A DNA stretch of 62,084 nucleotides, counting the filler, from Globobulimina sp. (lineage: Eukaryota), in NCBI GenBank assembly GCA_003354225.1. It is 19 parts of 19 records of this genome, joined end to end, with 100 filler letters (N's around TTAATTAATTAA, not from the genome) between each part and the next. Parts side by side here need not be neighbours in the genome. Positions count along the whole stretch, not along the records: positions 9,829 to 13,003 come from PIVH01003503.1; positions 13,104 to 16,278 come from PIVH01003504.1; positions 16,379 to 19,553 come from PIVH01003505.1; positions 19,654 to 22,827 come from PIVH01003506.1; positions 22,928 to 26,101 come from PIVH01003507.1; 14 more parts are not named here. One strand, 5' to 3'. The notes under the pieces were generated by a model, which saw nothing but the letters and a program-made list of their open reading frames with translations, was not told where the DNA came from and ran no database searches. Position 1 is the first letter of the stretch, and each line of letters opens with the position of its first letter. Made by a program: the position numbers and the translations under genes. This document shows positions 12,653 through 23,149 of this stretch, in pieces.

Positions 12653-13003
12653 GAATTCAAGAATATACGCATTAGTCTTCACATAGTGTTAGGAGAACTA
12701 TTCTCAATCCGATAACAAGGGTTCACCAGCGAGCTGATTGCAAATTCATCGAGCAAGTCGCACAAAGAATAGTTAGCATCCACATAAGCAAATATACAAT
12801 CGCACAGTCGAAGACATACAATATGTCCACATACGCAAATGCCACAAGCAACAATGGTATTAGCGGCCTAAGGAACTTTAGGCAGAACAAAAACGATAAA
12901 AACGCACCGCCATCACAGAATAATATCTCACGAATAGAAGAGACGCGGATCTATAACAGAAAGAAACCAATGAATGAACATAGAAAATTGGACGCAATAT
13001 TTG
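12251..13003 (+). mobile_element. Candidate LTR retrotransposon 5' end (LTR, PBS-like site, start of ORF1)
   Basis: TGTAAA(12251)...TTCACA(12683) with two AACCAATCAATG boxes, a TA-rich box and (CTAA)n. TAGTGTTAGGAG at 12684 resembles a tRNA-Leu PBS (TGGTGTCAGGAG). ORF MSTYANAT.. starts at 12823. Confidence 0.4.
12612..12651. repeat. (CTAA)n microsatellite
   Basis: About 10 consecutive CTAA units. Confidence 0.95.
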
Positions 13004-13103
13004 NNNNNNNNNNNNNNNNNNNNNNNNNNNNNNNNNNNNNNNNNNNNTTAATTAATTAANNNNNNNNNNNNNNNNNNNNNNNNNNNNNNNNNNNNNNNNN
13101 NNN

Positions 13104-13292
13104 GGTGGTCGAGGAGGTGGATTCCGCGGCGGTTATCGGGAGAGTAGAGGTCGAGGCTATGGCGGCGGTGGTTATGGTCGGGGAGGTGGAGGATTTGGTG
13201 GTGGTAGAGGTCGTGGGTTTGGCGGTGGTGACTCATTTAGATCTGGTTCTGGTGCACCACGGGGCAGAGGGAGAGGCCGCGGATATAACTAA
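13104..13292 (+). CDS. RGG/GAR-rich C-terminus of an RNA-binding protein (5' partial)
   Basis: A frame missing from the ORF track reads GGRGGGFRGGYRESRGRGYGGGGYGRGGGGFGGGRGRGFGGGDSFRSGSGAPRGRGRGRGYN*. Confidence 0.75.
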   Translation, partial: GGRGGGFRGGYRESRGRGYGGGGYGRGGGGFGGGRGRGFGGGDSFRSGSGAPRGRGRGRGYN

Positions 13293-13552
13293 ATGACATA
13301 ACATTGACATTATACATTGTGCACATAATGTTGACGTTTCTTGAGACATTTTTTTTGTTTGTAATTTAAAGTTACTAACTACTGCATAAAACAAAAAAAA
13401 CTTTTTAAGTAAAATTACCACTGCAAAATAATGACATTGAAAACCCGACAAAGCGCATTTTTAGAAATAAAAGAAACACAAAGCATGCAAAAAAAAATGA
13501 ATTAAAACTAAGGAGAAAAAAAGTGATAAAAAAGTAAGTCCTGCTACAGTTC

Positions 13553-14394
13553 TCATAATATGGTGCATTTCATTTTGAATTTCCTTTTTTTAACTTTTTG
13601 TTTGGTTTGCTGTAATTTGCTTTGTTCAAACTGTCGAATTAATTGAACAACTTTATAAAAGCAGTCGACATTATTGATTTTATCCCTCGCAGAGGTCTCA
13701 AAAAACTCACAATTCCATTCCTTTGCTAATTGCATTCCTTCGTGGGTTGGCACTTGCCGCTGGTCCTCCAAATCACACTTATTCCCGGCTAAGACTATTG
13801 GAACATGGTTACCTTCGTCGTCGTCTTTAGTGCGTAAGATTTTGTCCCGTAATATGGCCACTTCGTCAAATGTTTGGTGTGATGTTATGCTATATACCAA
13901 AAGGAAACCTTTCCCCTCTCTCATCCATTGATCTTGCATTGATGAAAATTCCTCTTGACCTTATTATCAATATGTAACCATTGAATATATGTAGCACTCG
14001 CAAATTCGCATATATTTAGTACCTGCAGTGTCTGTCATGATTGGTTGATTATTATTTTTTAAGTTTGGCAAATAAAATGTAGATAATATATAAACCTAAA
14101 ATATCTAAGAGAGCTGGTTGATTGTCAATTTGTACTTGTTTACGATATGAATCTTCAATGGTTGGATCTATATAGTGTCAATTTGTTTGGTTGTATGTAT
14201 TTGAATTATCAATATATGCGTACCATATTCATCTAAGAAATTATCAGTAACCAAACGAATGGTTAATGCTGATTTCTGTGTATTTTTAATACCAATTTTA
14301 GTGGAGTGTTATTACTGTTATTTAAAAACAACATAACTCCAACTCCACCGCCACCTAACACAACGATCTTATATTCTGGAGCGTTTTGATTCAT
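13553..14394 (-). CDS. RAS: Ras-family small GTPase, 198 aa, 5 exons
   Basis: Exons 14394-14338, 14275-14224, 14167-14096, 14031-14023 and 13959-13553 with GT-AG introns of 56-64 nt. They give GGGGVGKS, YDPTIEDSYRK, DTAGQEE, NKCD, ETSA and CAAX CTIL. Confidence 0.95.
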
Positions 14395-14481
14395 ATTGAT
14401 TTTATTCGAAATTGAGCTGAATGTGATTATGACTGTACGTGACTGAAGTAGAGAAAACTTAAATAATTTTCAAACATTTAG

Positions 14482-15396
14482 TCAAACCATTTTGTTATGA
14501 TTATCTTTCGAATTCCATGGATGTGCAAATTGCTTAAAATGTTGTGGATTCTTCCTATAACAAGCAGGTCCCCACCGACACAAAGGTAAAAGATTAAGCA
14601 CAGTTTTTTGTCCCTTTCTTTTCTTTTTTGGTGGCGGTGATACAATCATTGAATTATAGCTACCGCTGCCAAATGCATTTATATCCATCAATGAGTCAAA
14701 TGAATCCTCCAAATCATCATATTCATCCTCATCATTATCATTATTCGACTCGAAACTTCTGTATCTTTTTCGTTGGTTTTTATGTTGATTTATATCATGG
14801 GCTACATCATAATCTTCATCTGAGTCAATATACATTGTGCCATGTCCATTGTCATTGTTTTTATGTTTGATATATGTAACCACATTGTCGTTAATTATAA
14901 AATCCTGCAAACTCCCAACCGATCCGCCGGAGCTATCACTCCATTCATCTTCATCTGTATCAAGAATTGCTTTGTTTTTGTTCCTCCGTTTCTTCTTTTT
15001 CTTTGCTGTTTTCTTTGTTGTTTTAGGTTTTTTGGGCTTTGGTTTGACTTTGACTCGTTTTTGAGTGTTTTTCTTTGTTTTTTGTGAGGCGTCATCTGAC
15101 GATAAGGTATCCAATGCATCAGTGATAATTGAGTTTGGTCTGCGGATTGGTGGTGTGGATGCTTTGTTGTTTGTGTTGGAATTATTGTTATTAATATTGA
15201 CATTGTGATTGCGTTGTTTTAGTGCTTTTGTTCTATTTTCTAAATTTTTGGCAATCTGTGTTGTAATAGTGATGGTTTGATATATTGACTGGTACCGGTT
15301 ACTGGTAAATATAGTGAATGAATGCAGTAAGTTAACTTGGTCTCGATATTTGTTAGCTGCTTGTTTCACAAAATCTGGAAGAACACGACGCGGCAT
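14482..15396 (-). CDS. Disordered nuclear protein with C-terminal PBZ (poly-ADP-ribose-binding) zinc finger
   Basis: LPLCRWGPACYRKNPQHFKQFAHP matches the APLF-type PBZ consensus. Basic NLS-like and acidic tracts upstream. Confidence 0.8.
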   Translation of the reverse strand: MPRRVLPDFVKQAANKYRDQVNLLHSFTIFTSNRYQSIYQTITITTQIAKNLENRTKALKQRNHNVNINNNNSNTNNKASTPPIRRPNSIITDALDTLSSDDASQKTKKNTQKRVKVKPKPKKPKTTKKTAKKKKKRRNKNKAILDTDEDEWSDSSGGSVGSLQDFIINDNVVTYIKHKNNDNGHGTMYIDSDEDYDVAHDINQHKNQRKRYRSFESNNDNDEDEYDDLEDSFDSLMDINAFGSGSYNSMIVSPPPKKKRKGQKTVLNLLPLCRWGPACYRKNPQHFKQFAHPWNSKDNHNKMV

Positions 15397-15550
15397 TATT
15401 AACGAACTGATAGTGTGGGGTTTTTGGTACTAAAAAAAAACTGATATTTAGTTAATAATAAGTGCGAACAATTGAGTGCGAGGATACGAATAATTAAAAA
15501 TTTAAAATAAATTCTAAATTTGCATACAATAATATTTAATATAATAATAT

Positions 15551-16213
15551 TTATACTAAATATTTATTACATAAACTCTTTGAAATCTCTAAACAATTTT
15601 CTTCTTTTTCTTTGTTTTCCTGCATAAATTGTTCACATTTTTGTGATATTGTTTCCATAATTTCTGGCGGTGTCAAATGTATAATCTTAGGGAATAATAA
15701 TTTATCCTCTTTGTAAACATGTTGTTGCAATGATTGACATAAAGCTTTCAATGTATCTAAAAAGCTATGCCTATTCTCCAAATTAATATTATTGCCAATT
15801 ATGGTCATATAAGAATCAATATTTTCATGCTCTCTTTGCAAAAAACGCCACGTTTCTTCATTGATCACATTCACATCGGCGTCGGCTTCATATTTCCGTA
15901 AGGTTTCAACCAAAATATTTTCTTCTTTATAATGATGAATTTCGTCAGAATACACTTTTAAGAAAATAGCGAAATCTTTCCAGTCCTGTTCGATATCACC
16001 GGCTTCACCTTCCGATACACACCGATTGAAGGCATTTAATGTGTTATTTATCACAAAATGTTCTTGTTTCAATACATCAATACATCGAGTTGGATTTTCT
16101 TCGGCCGTACCAATGCCACTAAATCGATGCGATAATGGCATATTGCAATGCATCATTACATTTTTTGCTACAGACGGGAATCTGAACTGTCTTAGCATTG
16201 CTAACATTGACAT
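15551..16213 (-). CDS. Hemerythrin-like (HHE) di-iron protein with putative mitochondrial presequence
   Basis: LKQEHFVI / EIHHYKEENIL / REHENI / QHVYKEDKLLFP. The first ~35 aa are basic and free of acidic residues. Intronless. Confidence 0.82.
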   Translation of the reverse strand: MSMLAMLRQFRFPSVAKNVMMHCNMPLSHRFSGIGTAEENPTRCIDVLKQEHFVINNTLNAFNRCVSEGEAGDIEQDWKDFAIFLKVYSDEIHHYKEENILVETLRKYEADADVNVINEETWRFLQREHENIDSYMTIIGNNINLENRHSFLDTLKALCQSLQQHVYKEDKLLFPKIIHLTPPEIMETISQKCEQFMQENKEKEENCLEISKSLCNKYLV

Positions 16214-16380
16214 TGTCGGAGCTAGTCTATGTTTTTAGCTGTTTTTTACGATATTTTTTTGTTCTTTTTTTTGAAAACNNNNNNNNNNNNNNNNNNNNNN
16301 NNNNNNNNNNNNNNNNNNNNNNTTAATTAATTAANNNNNNNNNNNNNNNNNNNNNNNNNNNNNNNNNNNNNNNNNNNNTT

Positions 16381-17556
16381 GCCAGAGCGGAAGATTCGTC
16401 GTCAGATCCGGAGGCGGTAACACATGATGATGTAATTGAGCATGATGAGGATGACAAGGAAGAGGAGAAAGTGTCGAAGGATGCGGATCAGTCATTCTTT
16501 GAATCCAAGGATGAAACGGTTGAGATTGTATCGGATGAGGAGGATATTGAAAATAAACGAGATATCCCAATCCGAGATATGTTTAAGGATTCAAAATTTG
16601 TAAAAAAGGATAAATTGATTGATTATGAAAATGGTTTCATTGCGCGATTAAAGAAAGTGATTAATTATCGATCAGATTTGATCAGAAATATTGCGAAAGC
16701 GAGGAAATTAAAACAATTAAATTACAATCAAGTCCGTGGAGAATTTAATGCATACAATCATAGAATGTTGCAATTTTTAGTCATTTATCGCGTTTTTTAT
16801 CATTTAGCCCCATCTTCGAAGAAATTTGGGCGTTTATTACATTTAAAGAATGAGAAATTGACAGAAACGGTTGTATCAATTTATGCAAAACAATTCAAAT
16901 TTTTACGAGATAAGAAATTTATTGATGACGAAGGGAAACGAGTGAAAGGATTTAAATCATTGGATATTATCCCAAAAGAAACATACATTTATAAATCAGG
17001 CAAAGTCAAATTAATTAATAAAAAAAGAAAATTAGTTTCTGGCTCTGAATGGGATGAAATGTCGATGATAAATCCGAAGAAAAAACGAAAAATTGATGAT
17101 CGAATATATGATATTGATGAAGATGATTTCATTGAAGATGACAAAGCCCCACAAACACCAAAGAAATCATCGCGGGACAGGAAATTGGATGAAATTATTA
17201 AGAATCAGAATGATTTGGCAATTAATGTTGGGATTTTACGCTCAAAAACTGATCGTTTAACCAAATCCCCCCAAGTTCAATCCGTTGATGATATGTTAAA
17301 TTCGAATAAGAGAGGAATTGAGCGGTGGAGTCACGAATATCACGTCAATAAAACCACCGTTGGATTCGAATTAATTGCGGCTGAGACTCGAAGGAATCAA
17401 CAAAGTTCGACGCATCAACAATTATATCAAAAATTGATGAATAAAAAGAATAAAAATCGCGATATTGTCAGTAATATACAAGGTAAGTGGGTCTGTATCC
17501 ATTTTGATCATGTGAGTCGTGTAAATATTTTGTGTATTTATAATCTTATTGTATGA
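16381..17556 (+). CDS. Acidic/basic ORF upstream of the gag-like ORF (5' partial)
   Basis: Frame is open from the contig start. Strong AG/GTAAGT donor at 17483. Confidence 0.5.
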   Translation, partial: ARAEDSSSDPEAVTHDDVIEHDEDDKEEEKVSKDADQSFFESKDETVEIVSDEEDIENKRDIPIRDMFKDSKFVKKDKLIDYENGFIARLKKVINYRSDLIRNIAKARKLKQLNYNQVRGEFNAYNHRMLQFLVIYRVFYHLAPSSKKFGRLLHLKNEKLTETVVSIYAKQFKFLRDKKFIDDEGKRVKGFKSLDIIPKETYIYKSGKVKLINKKRKLVSGSEWDEMSMINPKKKRKIDDRIYDIDEDDFIEDDKAPQTPKKSSRDRKLDEIIKNQNDLAINVGILRSKTDRLTKSPQVQSVDDMLNSNKRGIERWSHEYHVNKTTVGFELIAAETRRNQQSSTHQQLYQKLMNKKNKNRDIVSNIQGKWVCIHFDHVSRVNILCIYNLIV

Positions 17557-17802
17557 CTTTGGATTTTTACCTGTATAAATTGTTAAATATAAAAGCGTTT
17601 CTGTGGAGAGAGATGTTTTTGTTTACAATTTTGTGATGTTTGTTTGTATATTATTTATGTTTTTGATATAATATGATCGAATTATAGAGAGTGAGTGAAC
17701 GGTATATCCAAAGGTAACCACCTCTAAATAGATCAAATATGCTTTGTACAAATTGTTTTTGATGCACCTTAACAATGTACGCTGTGTAATGACCAGATAA
17801 TT

Positions 17803-18873
17803 ATGGTCCCATTTTCAATGCAAATATCTAAAATATGTGATAAATACTTAGAGGATGACTCGGCAGATAGCGATGCTTCAGATTCAAATAAGAAGAAGAA
17901 GCGATCAAAAGCATCTAAATTGGATAAAAGATTTGCTTCCGAGACTGAATTCCTTTTATGGATTTGGAGGATTAATCCCAAATCATTCACAGATATCATT
18001 TTAGAAATAATTCGGTATGCAAAGGATACTCAAATTTTGACAAAAGTCGATATCAATGCGACAATTAATAGTATATTCAAAGACAAATCAAATATTTATA
18101 AATTCATTACTGAAGTTAACAGACTATTAAATTTATGGTCTATTTATTTAACAACGTATCGGAATGAAGTTATTATTAAATTGCGAGCCGTTTATACAAA
18201 GAAATCAATTCATTGTAAGGCAACGCGTGAATTTGAATGTTATGAGAGAATGATATCAGTCGCTGTCAATGATTGGCAATCTTTTAATGCAATTATTAAA
18301 ACATTGGTCGACGATCCACAACTAAATCAACAGTTATTTTTTATTTTTATAAATAAAGCATTTGATAAATCATACAAACAGAACACTTCAATAATTGTCG
18401 ATATCCAAGATACTCATTTAAGGCAACAATTAAATATTGAAAAAGTGAATGGTTTGCAATGTGATGAATTGTGGATGCAACGTGTTTTTGGTGATTATGA
18501 TCATTTAAAATTCATCAAAACACAAAAGAAAATTGAGAATAATTCAAGCAATATCCGAACATATACAAATATTAAGAATAAGGATGGTACCAATAATCAT
18601 TTGAAACCATCGAGAAGATCTGGCTTAAATGAACGAGAAAGGAAAGAGAGATCCAAACGTTTACGTAGATGGATGGAACAAACACGTCCTAAGATCAAAG
18701 ATCAATATAAATCTGATTTTAATGGTGTTTGTGCAGCACATCACATGAATGAGGAAACATGCTCAGTTAGAAATGCATTACAATGCAGAGCTGGGAATAA
18801 GGACAGAAATCATAAATGTCTTTGTGGTGATACAAACCATACTATCCCACAATGTCATAAAATATTTAATTAA
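17803..18873 (+). CDS. Gag-like protein with C-terminal Cys/His knuckles
   Basis: GVCAAHHMNEETCSVRNALQCRAGNKDRNHKCLCGDTNHTIPQC. Confidence 0.65.
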   Translation: MVPFSMQISKICDKYLEDDSADSDASDSNKKKKRSKASKLDKRFASETEFLLWIWRINPKSFTDIILEIIRYAKDTQILTKVDINATINSIFKDKSNIYKFITEVNRLLNLWSIYLTTYRNEVIIKLRAVYTKKSIHCKATREFECYERMISVAVNDWQSFNAIIKTLVDDPQLNQQLFFIFINKAFDKSYKQNTSIIVDIQDTHLRQQLNIEKVNGLQCDELWMQRVFGDYDHLKFIKTQKKIENNSSNIRTYTNIKNKDGTNNHLKPSRRSGLNERERKERSKRLRRWMEQTRPKIKDQYKSDFNGVCAAHHMNEETCSVRNALQCRAGNKDRNHKCLCGDTNHTIPQCHKIFN

Positions 18874-18938
18874 TTTTTCAAACTTATTTGTAGACTTTAA
18901 TTTTATTTCTGACTTTAATTTAGATTTAGACTGTTTGT

Positions 18939-19379
18939 TTGCTATTATTTGGATCAGAAACGTTTCTTGTTTTGTCCCTATTTGTTCTGAACATATATTC
19001 TATCTATACAGAGACTATTATTCCACGTCTAAATAAGATAGATTCAGAATGTGCTGATCTACTCCAAGAGTTAGTTAAATTATGGGAAAATCCGCCGGAG
19101 ATTAAACAACATTTTAATATTGATTTATTCCGTGACTATTTAAGTGACCATCCAAATGGTGAAATAGAAATAAAATTCATCGAGGATGGATATCCATTAC
19201 ATTTACGAAATCGTGATCCAACAAAACTATGCAAAGCAGTATCAAATATCGTCAGAGACAAACGCGATTTGAAAGAAATATTAACGAGGATAGTAAAGGA
19301 GGCAAAGAAAGCATACATAACACGAACAGATTATCAATTACATTATAATTTGAATGTTTTATGTGTTCCAAAAATTTGA
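18939..19379 (+). CDS. Reverse transcriptase N-terminal fragment (truncated)
   Basis: YR-element RT N-terminal motifs. It breaks off after VPK, just before 11-bp tandem repeats (CCGTGATCATA x3, 19392-19424). Confidence 0.6.
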   Translation: MLLFGSETFLVLSLFVLNIYSIYTETIIPRLNKIDSECADLLQELVKLWENPPEIKQHFNIDLFRDYLSDHPNGEIEIKFIEDGYPLHLRNRDPTKLCKAVSNIVRDKRDLKEILTRIVKEAKKAYITRTDYQLHYNLNVLCVPKI

Positions 19380-19653
19380 TCATATATACCGCCGTGATCA
19401 TACCGTGATCATACCGTGATCATACCTCCAAAAAAAATCATACCGACTTGTACATAGTTGAATATATGACTATAATTTGGTGGAACAGTTCCTCCATACT
19501 TTATAGTCATATTATAGTCATATTATATATGACTCTGCGTCTTATAGGAGTTANNNNNNNNNNNNNNNNNNNNNNNNNNNNNNNNNNNNNNNNNNNNTTA
19601 ATTAATTAANNNNNNNNNNNNNNNNNNNNNNNNNNNNNNNNNNNNNNNNNNNN

Positions 19654-20176
19654 AAGAAAATAAAACTTCGAATAATATATAGAACAATAATGTATAACAC
19701 ATTGCAATGCTAAAACAACAACAAACTAAAGCAAGTGCACAATATGGGATAAGAGACCATGCGAACACCATCTTAGCAATAGCCTCTGACTGGCAATCAT
19801 CACTCATCTGATTCACATACATATTTAATCCAATGGCAGCCCAAATTAATTGAAAGATTGCAACACCAATGGAAGGAACTGCCACACATACCACCTCTAT
19901 ACATGCATCAATCTCACTTGATAAAAATGTAGCGCAGCATACAACTATGGAAAGAGCAACCCATCCAATTATAACATATGCACCGATATTTAAAAATGTT
20001 ACTAAATCAATAGTATAAAATTGATCACATTGCGAGTCATTCTCATTATAACCCGCTACTATGACAAGAGCGGCAATTGCTGGGGCTAATGCACAACAGG
20101 CACATCCTTGCGACCCTGTTTCAATTCCGTTTTTATTTTCATCAAGACGCTGATACGTGGCTTGTCTTGAAAGCAT
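19654..20176 (-). CDS. Hypothetical 4-TM Cys-rich membrane protein (3' partial)
   Basis: Four hydrophobic segments with Cys-containing loops. Confidence 0.6.
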
Positions 20177-20228
20177 GATTCAGCAAACTCTGCGAAAATA
20201 ACTTGCAAAATTCTCTGACTTGAGCAGA

Positions 20229-22209
20229 ATGTCAGACAAAGAACAAACACATCTAAAGCAATACATTCCATACGTATTAAGTGGAGCCAGTTTAGCACTC
20301 TCATGCTACGCTGTCTACCACATCGCCAAATCAAAGCATAACAAACACGCATTGCCTACACCCAGCAAAGTCAAACAGTCCTCTTATAATTACAGCAGCA
20401 AAGAGTCCATTGATGTCGTGACAGCCGACAATGACGACAACTGTGGAACAGCAACATTATCGCGCATAATGCTTCCAGACGATGCAAACTCCAGCGGTAA
20501 TATCCATGGTGGCACTATACTAAAAATGATAAGTCATATCGGATACTTATCCGCCACACGATTCATTAACAGAAACATCAATGCATCGCAGGAATCAAAC
20601 TCCGGCAAGTTCGAGTATCGCGGTGTCTTGGTAAGAATGGAAGAAACCAATTTTAAATTACCAATGTACATCGGAGAAATATGCATTTGTAACGCTAAGG
20701 TAACATTTACATCCAATCAATCATTGGAAGTTCAAGTTAATTGTTTTTTATTTTTTTTTTATTTATTATCCAATTCAATAAATTGCATCATAAAAACAGG
20801 TGCGTGTCATTGCGGAGAATACGATTTCCGGCTTACAAAGAAGCACTAACTCCGCAACAATGTGGTTTGTCGGCGTCAGAATGCCGAAAATTATAAACAC
20901 ACCGCATACGTTCGAGAAACGAGATGTTATTCAAATTCCTGCACTAAACCTCCGATCTAATGATTACAAACTCGGTCAAAAACGCTATGAAAAGCAAAAA
21001 TTGTTTCGCAATAAAGATGCACAGATAAACATATTACACGCAGTAGATTTGAATGAATGGACCGACAGATTACTGTGCAAAGAGTCATTTGATAAACGCA
21101 GAAACGGTGCCACTGTGTTTAAGTTGTCGCGCGTGACATTGCCGTCCGACTGCTTTGCTACGCAATGGACCACCGTCGATGGGGGATATATTATGAAATT
21201 AATGGACAATGTGGCTGGAGGGGTGGCCTGCCAATGGAGCAAAAACCGGGTGGTGACCGTGCATATAAATGCAATCAACTTCCACGCGCCGGTCAACGCA
21301 GGCAATGTATGCCATTGTTATGGCCGATTGGTGTTTACATCCAAGAGATCGATGGAAATTTATGTACTCACATTTGTGCAGACACTCAAAGCTGAAAACG
21401 TTGTCGATGCGAAGGAGAATGGAAATATCTATAAAATGTTAGGACAGCATCGATTGAAATTAGTATGCTCTGCGTTTTTCACATTCGTTGCGTTGGACTC
21501 TGAAAACCAGACAAAAACGACTGATGTGCCATTGTTTACACCGCATTCTGCGTTCGAGAAAATGTGCCATAATGAGGCGGAGTTAGGATATCAACAACGC
21601 AAAAATGCCAAGAAAAGGCATAAAAAAAATAAATATAAACCATCGGTGGTGGTGGGTCCCAGCGGTGTGGGCAAAGGCACATTGTTGACAGCGTTGAAAC
21701 ATAGCTTTCCGAGTAAATTTGCGGTGGCCGTATCGCATACGACACGTAAACCGAGACAGGGCGAGGTTGATGGCGTAGATTATAATTTTGTGAGTATGGA
21801 AGAATTTGAACATGAAATAAAGGAGAATAAGTTTATTGAATATGCCAAAACGTATGGAAATTTGTACGGAACTTCAAAAAAAGCAGTGCAGCATGTTATG
21901 GATAGTAAGAAAATATGTTTATTGGAGATAGATTATGTCGGTGCTAAATTGATCAAACAGTCATGCATTGAGGCGAATTATTTATTTATTACGGTAAATG
22001 GTGAAGGCGAGACTTGTAAAAAAAGGATTGAAGGCAGAGGGACGGAGAATAAACAACAGATTGCAAAGAGAGTACTTACTGCAAAGAATGAGTTTGCATT
22101 TTTTAACAATAATAGAGATTTCTTTGATGCTTTCATATCCAATGATGATTTAACTGAAGCCAGTAAGCAAATCACTGAATTGTTTGGCAAATGGTATGAT
22201 TGGCTTTGA
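20229..22209 (+). CDS. Double-hotdog acyl-CoA thioesterase (ACOT7/YciA-like) fused to guanylate kinase, 638 aa
   Basis: Exons 20229-20735 and 20800-22209 (64-nt GT-AG intron). Hotdog 1 MLPDDANSSGNIHGGTILKMI; hotdog 2 VDGGYIMKLMDNVAG..FTSKRSMEI..FTFVALD; GUK GPSGVGKGT, SHTTRKPRQGEVDGVDYNF, GNLYGTS, LEIDYVGA. N-terminal hydrophobic anchor. Confidence 0.9.
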
Positions 22210-22927
22210 TAGATATGATATGTGGTATTTTGTTTAGCTTAACAGTTGTTTACAGTACTTAGTAAAGACTCAAATGCTTACTTGAGCTTCAAGAATGTCG
22301 TCTTAACTGCTCGTAATATTATACTTCAAATAGCCATATTATAAAAATGGGTTGTTCTACATCAACATTGGACGACGATCCACATCCGCATCATGCATCA
22401 GCAAATACAGAAAATCAGCCAAACAAAGCTCGAAAGGATATAAATGATGCTAAAGATGAAGAAGTAATAACGTATGAAAATAATGAATCCCAAGGCAATA
22501 AATTTATATCCAATGAAGATTTGTAAATAAATTGATTATTATTAAATTATTCCATTTTTTGTTCATATTTATAATTATTATATTGTCATATATATATAAT
22601 AGCAGTTGCTCCGTGCATATAACATCAATAACATCAATCAAAGTATTATTTGTATAATAAATGACGTTATTCACTCTCAATTAATATAAATGAATGACAG
22701 ATTATCATTAGAGCTGACCATTGACTTCGATTTTCTTTTTTTTGTGTCATATTTTAATAATTTCAACATATTTTAATAATGTCATGCATTTATAAAAAAT
22801 GAAAAACAGTATCAAGTAACACATCGGNNNNNNNNNNNNNNNNNNNNNNNNNNNNNNNNNNNNNNNNNNNNTTAATTAATTAANNNNNNNNNNNNNNNNN
22901 NNNNNNNNNNNNNNNNNNNNNNNNNNN

Positions 22928-22989
22928 GTATTTTTTACAACATTTTTAGCGTTTAACATTTCTTAATATTAAGGTTAATTAATCTCGTC
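22928..22989. repeat. ~60-bp dispersed direct repeat (second copy at 25973-26029)
   Basis: GTATTTTTTA(C/A)AACATTTTTAGCGTTTAACATTTCTTAAT...AAGGT..AATCTCGTC near both ends of contig 8. Confidence 0.85.
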
Positions 22990-23149
22990 CTATACTAATA
23001 CTATCCAAATGATATGGCAAATCGGAGTTATTTGTGTTAGCATTTTGTGGTGGATTGGCTCCTTATTCGTGGACCATTTTGAAATCGAATTTAATTCGTG
23101 CAACGCGAGAGTGATCGATTCGGTGTTGTTGTCCGTGAGCAAAGTTACA

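Larger units (their letters stand above)
16379..19379 (+). mobile_element. DIRS/Ngaro-type retrotransposon fragment (gag-like ORFs plus RT N-terminus)
   Basis: ORF 17803-18873 ends in C..HH....C.......C........H.C.C....H....C, like a DIRS/Ngaro gag zinc region. ORF 18939-19379 has FNIDLFRDYLSDHP..FIEDGYPL..N..IVKE..I..VPK, the pre-RT and motif-1 region of YR elements. Confidence 0.7.
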
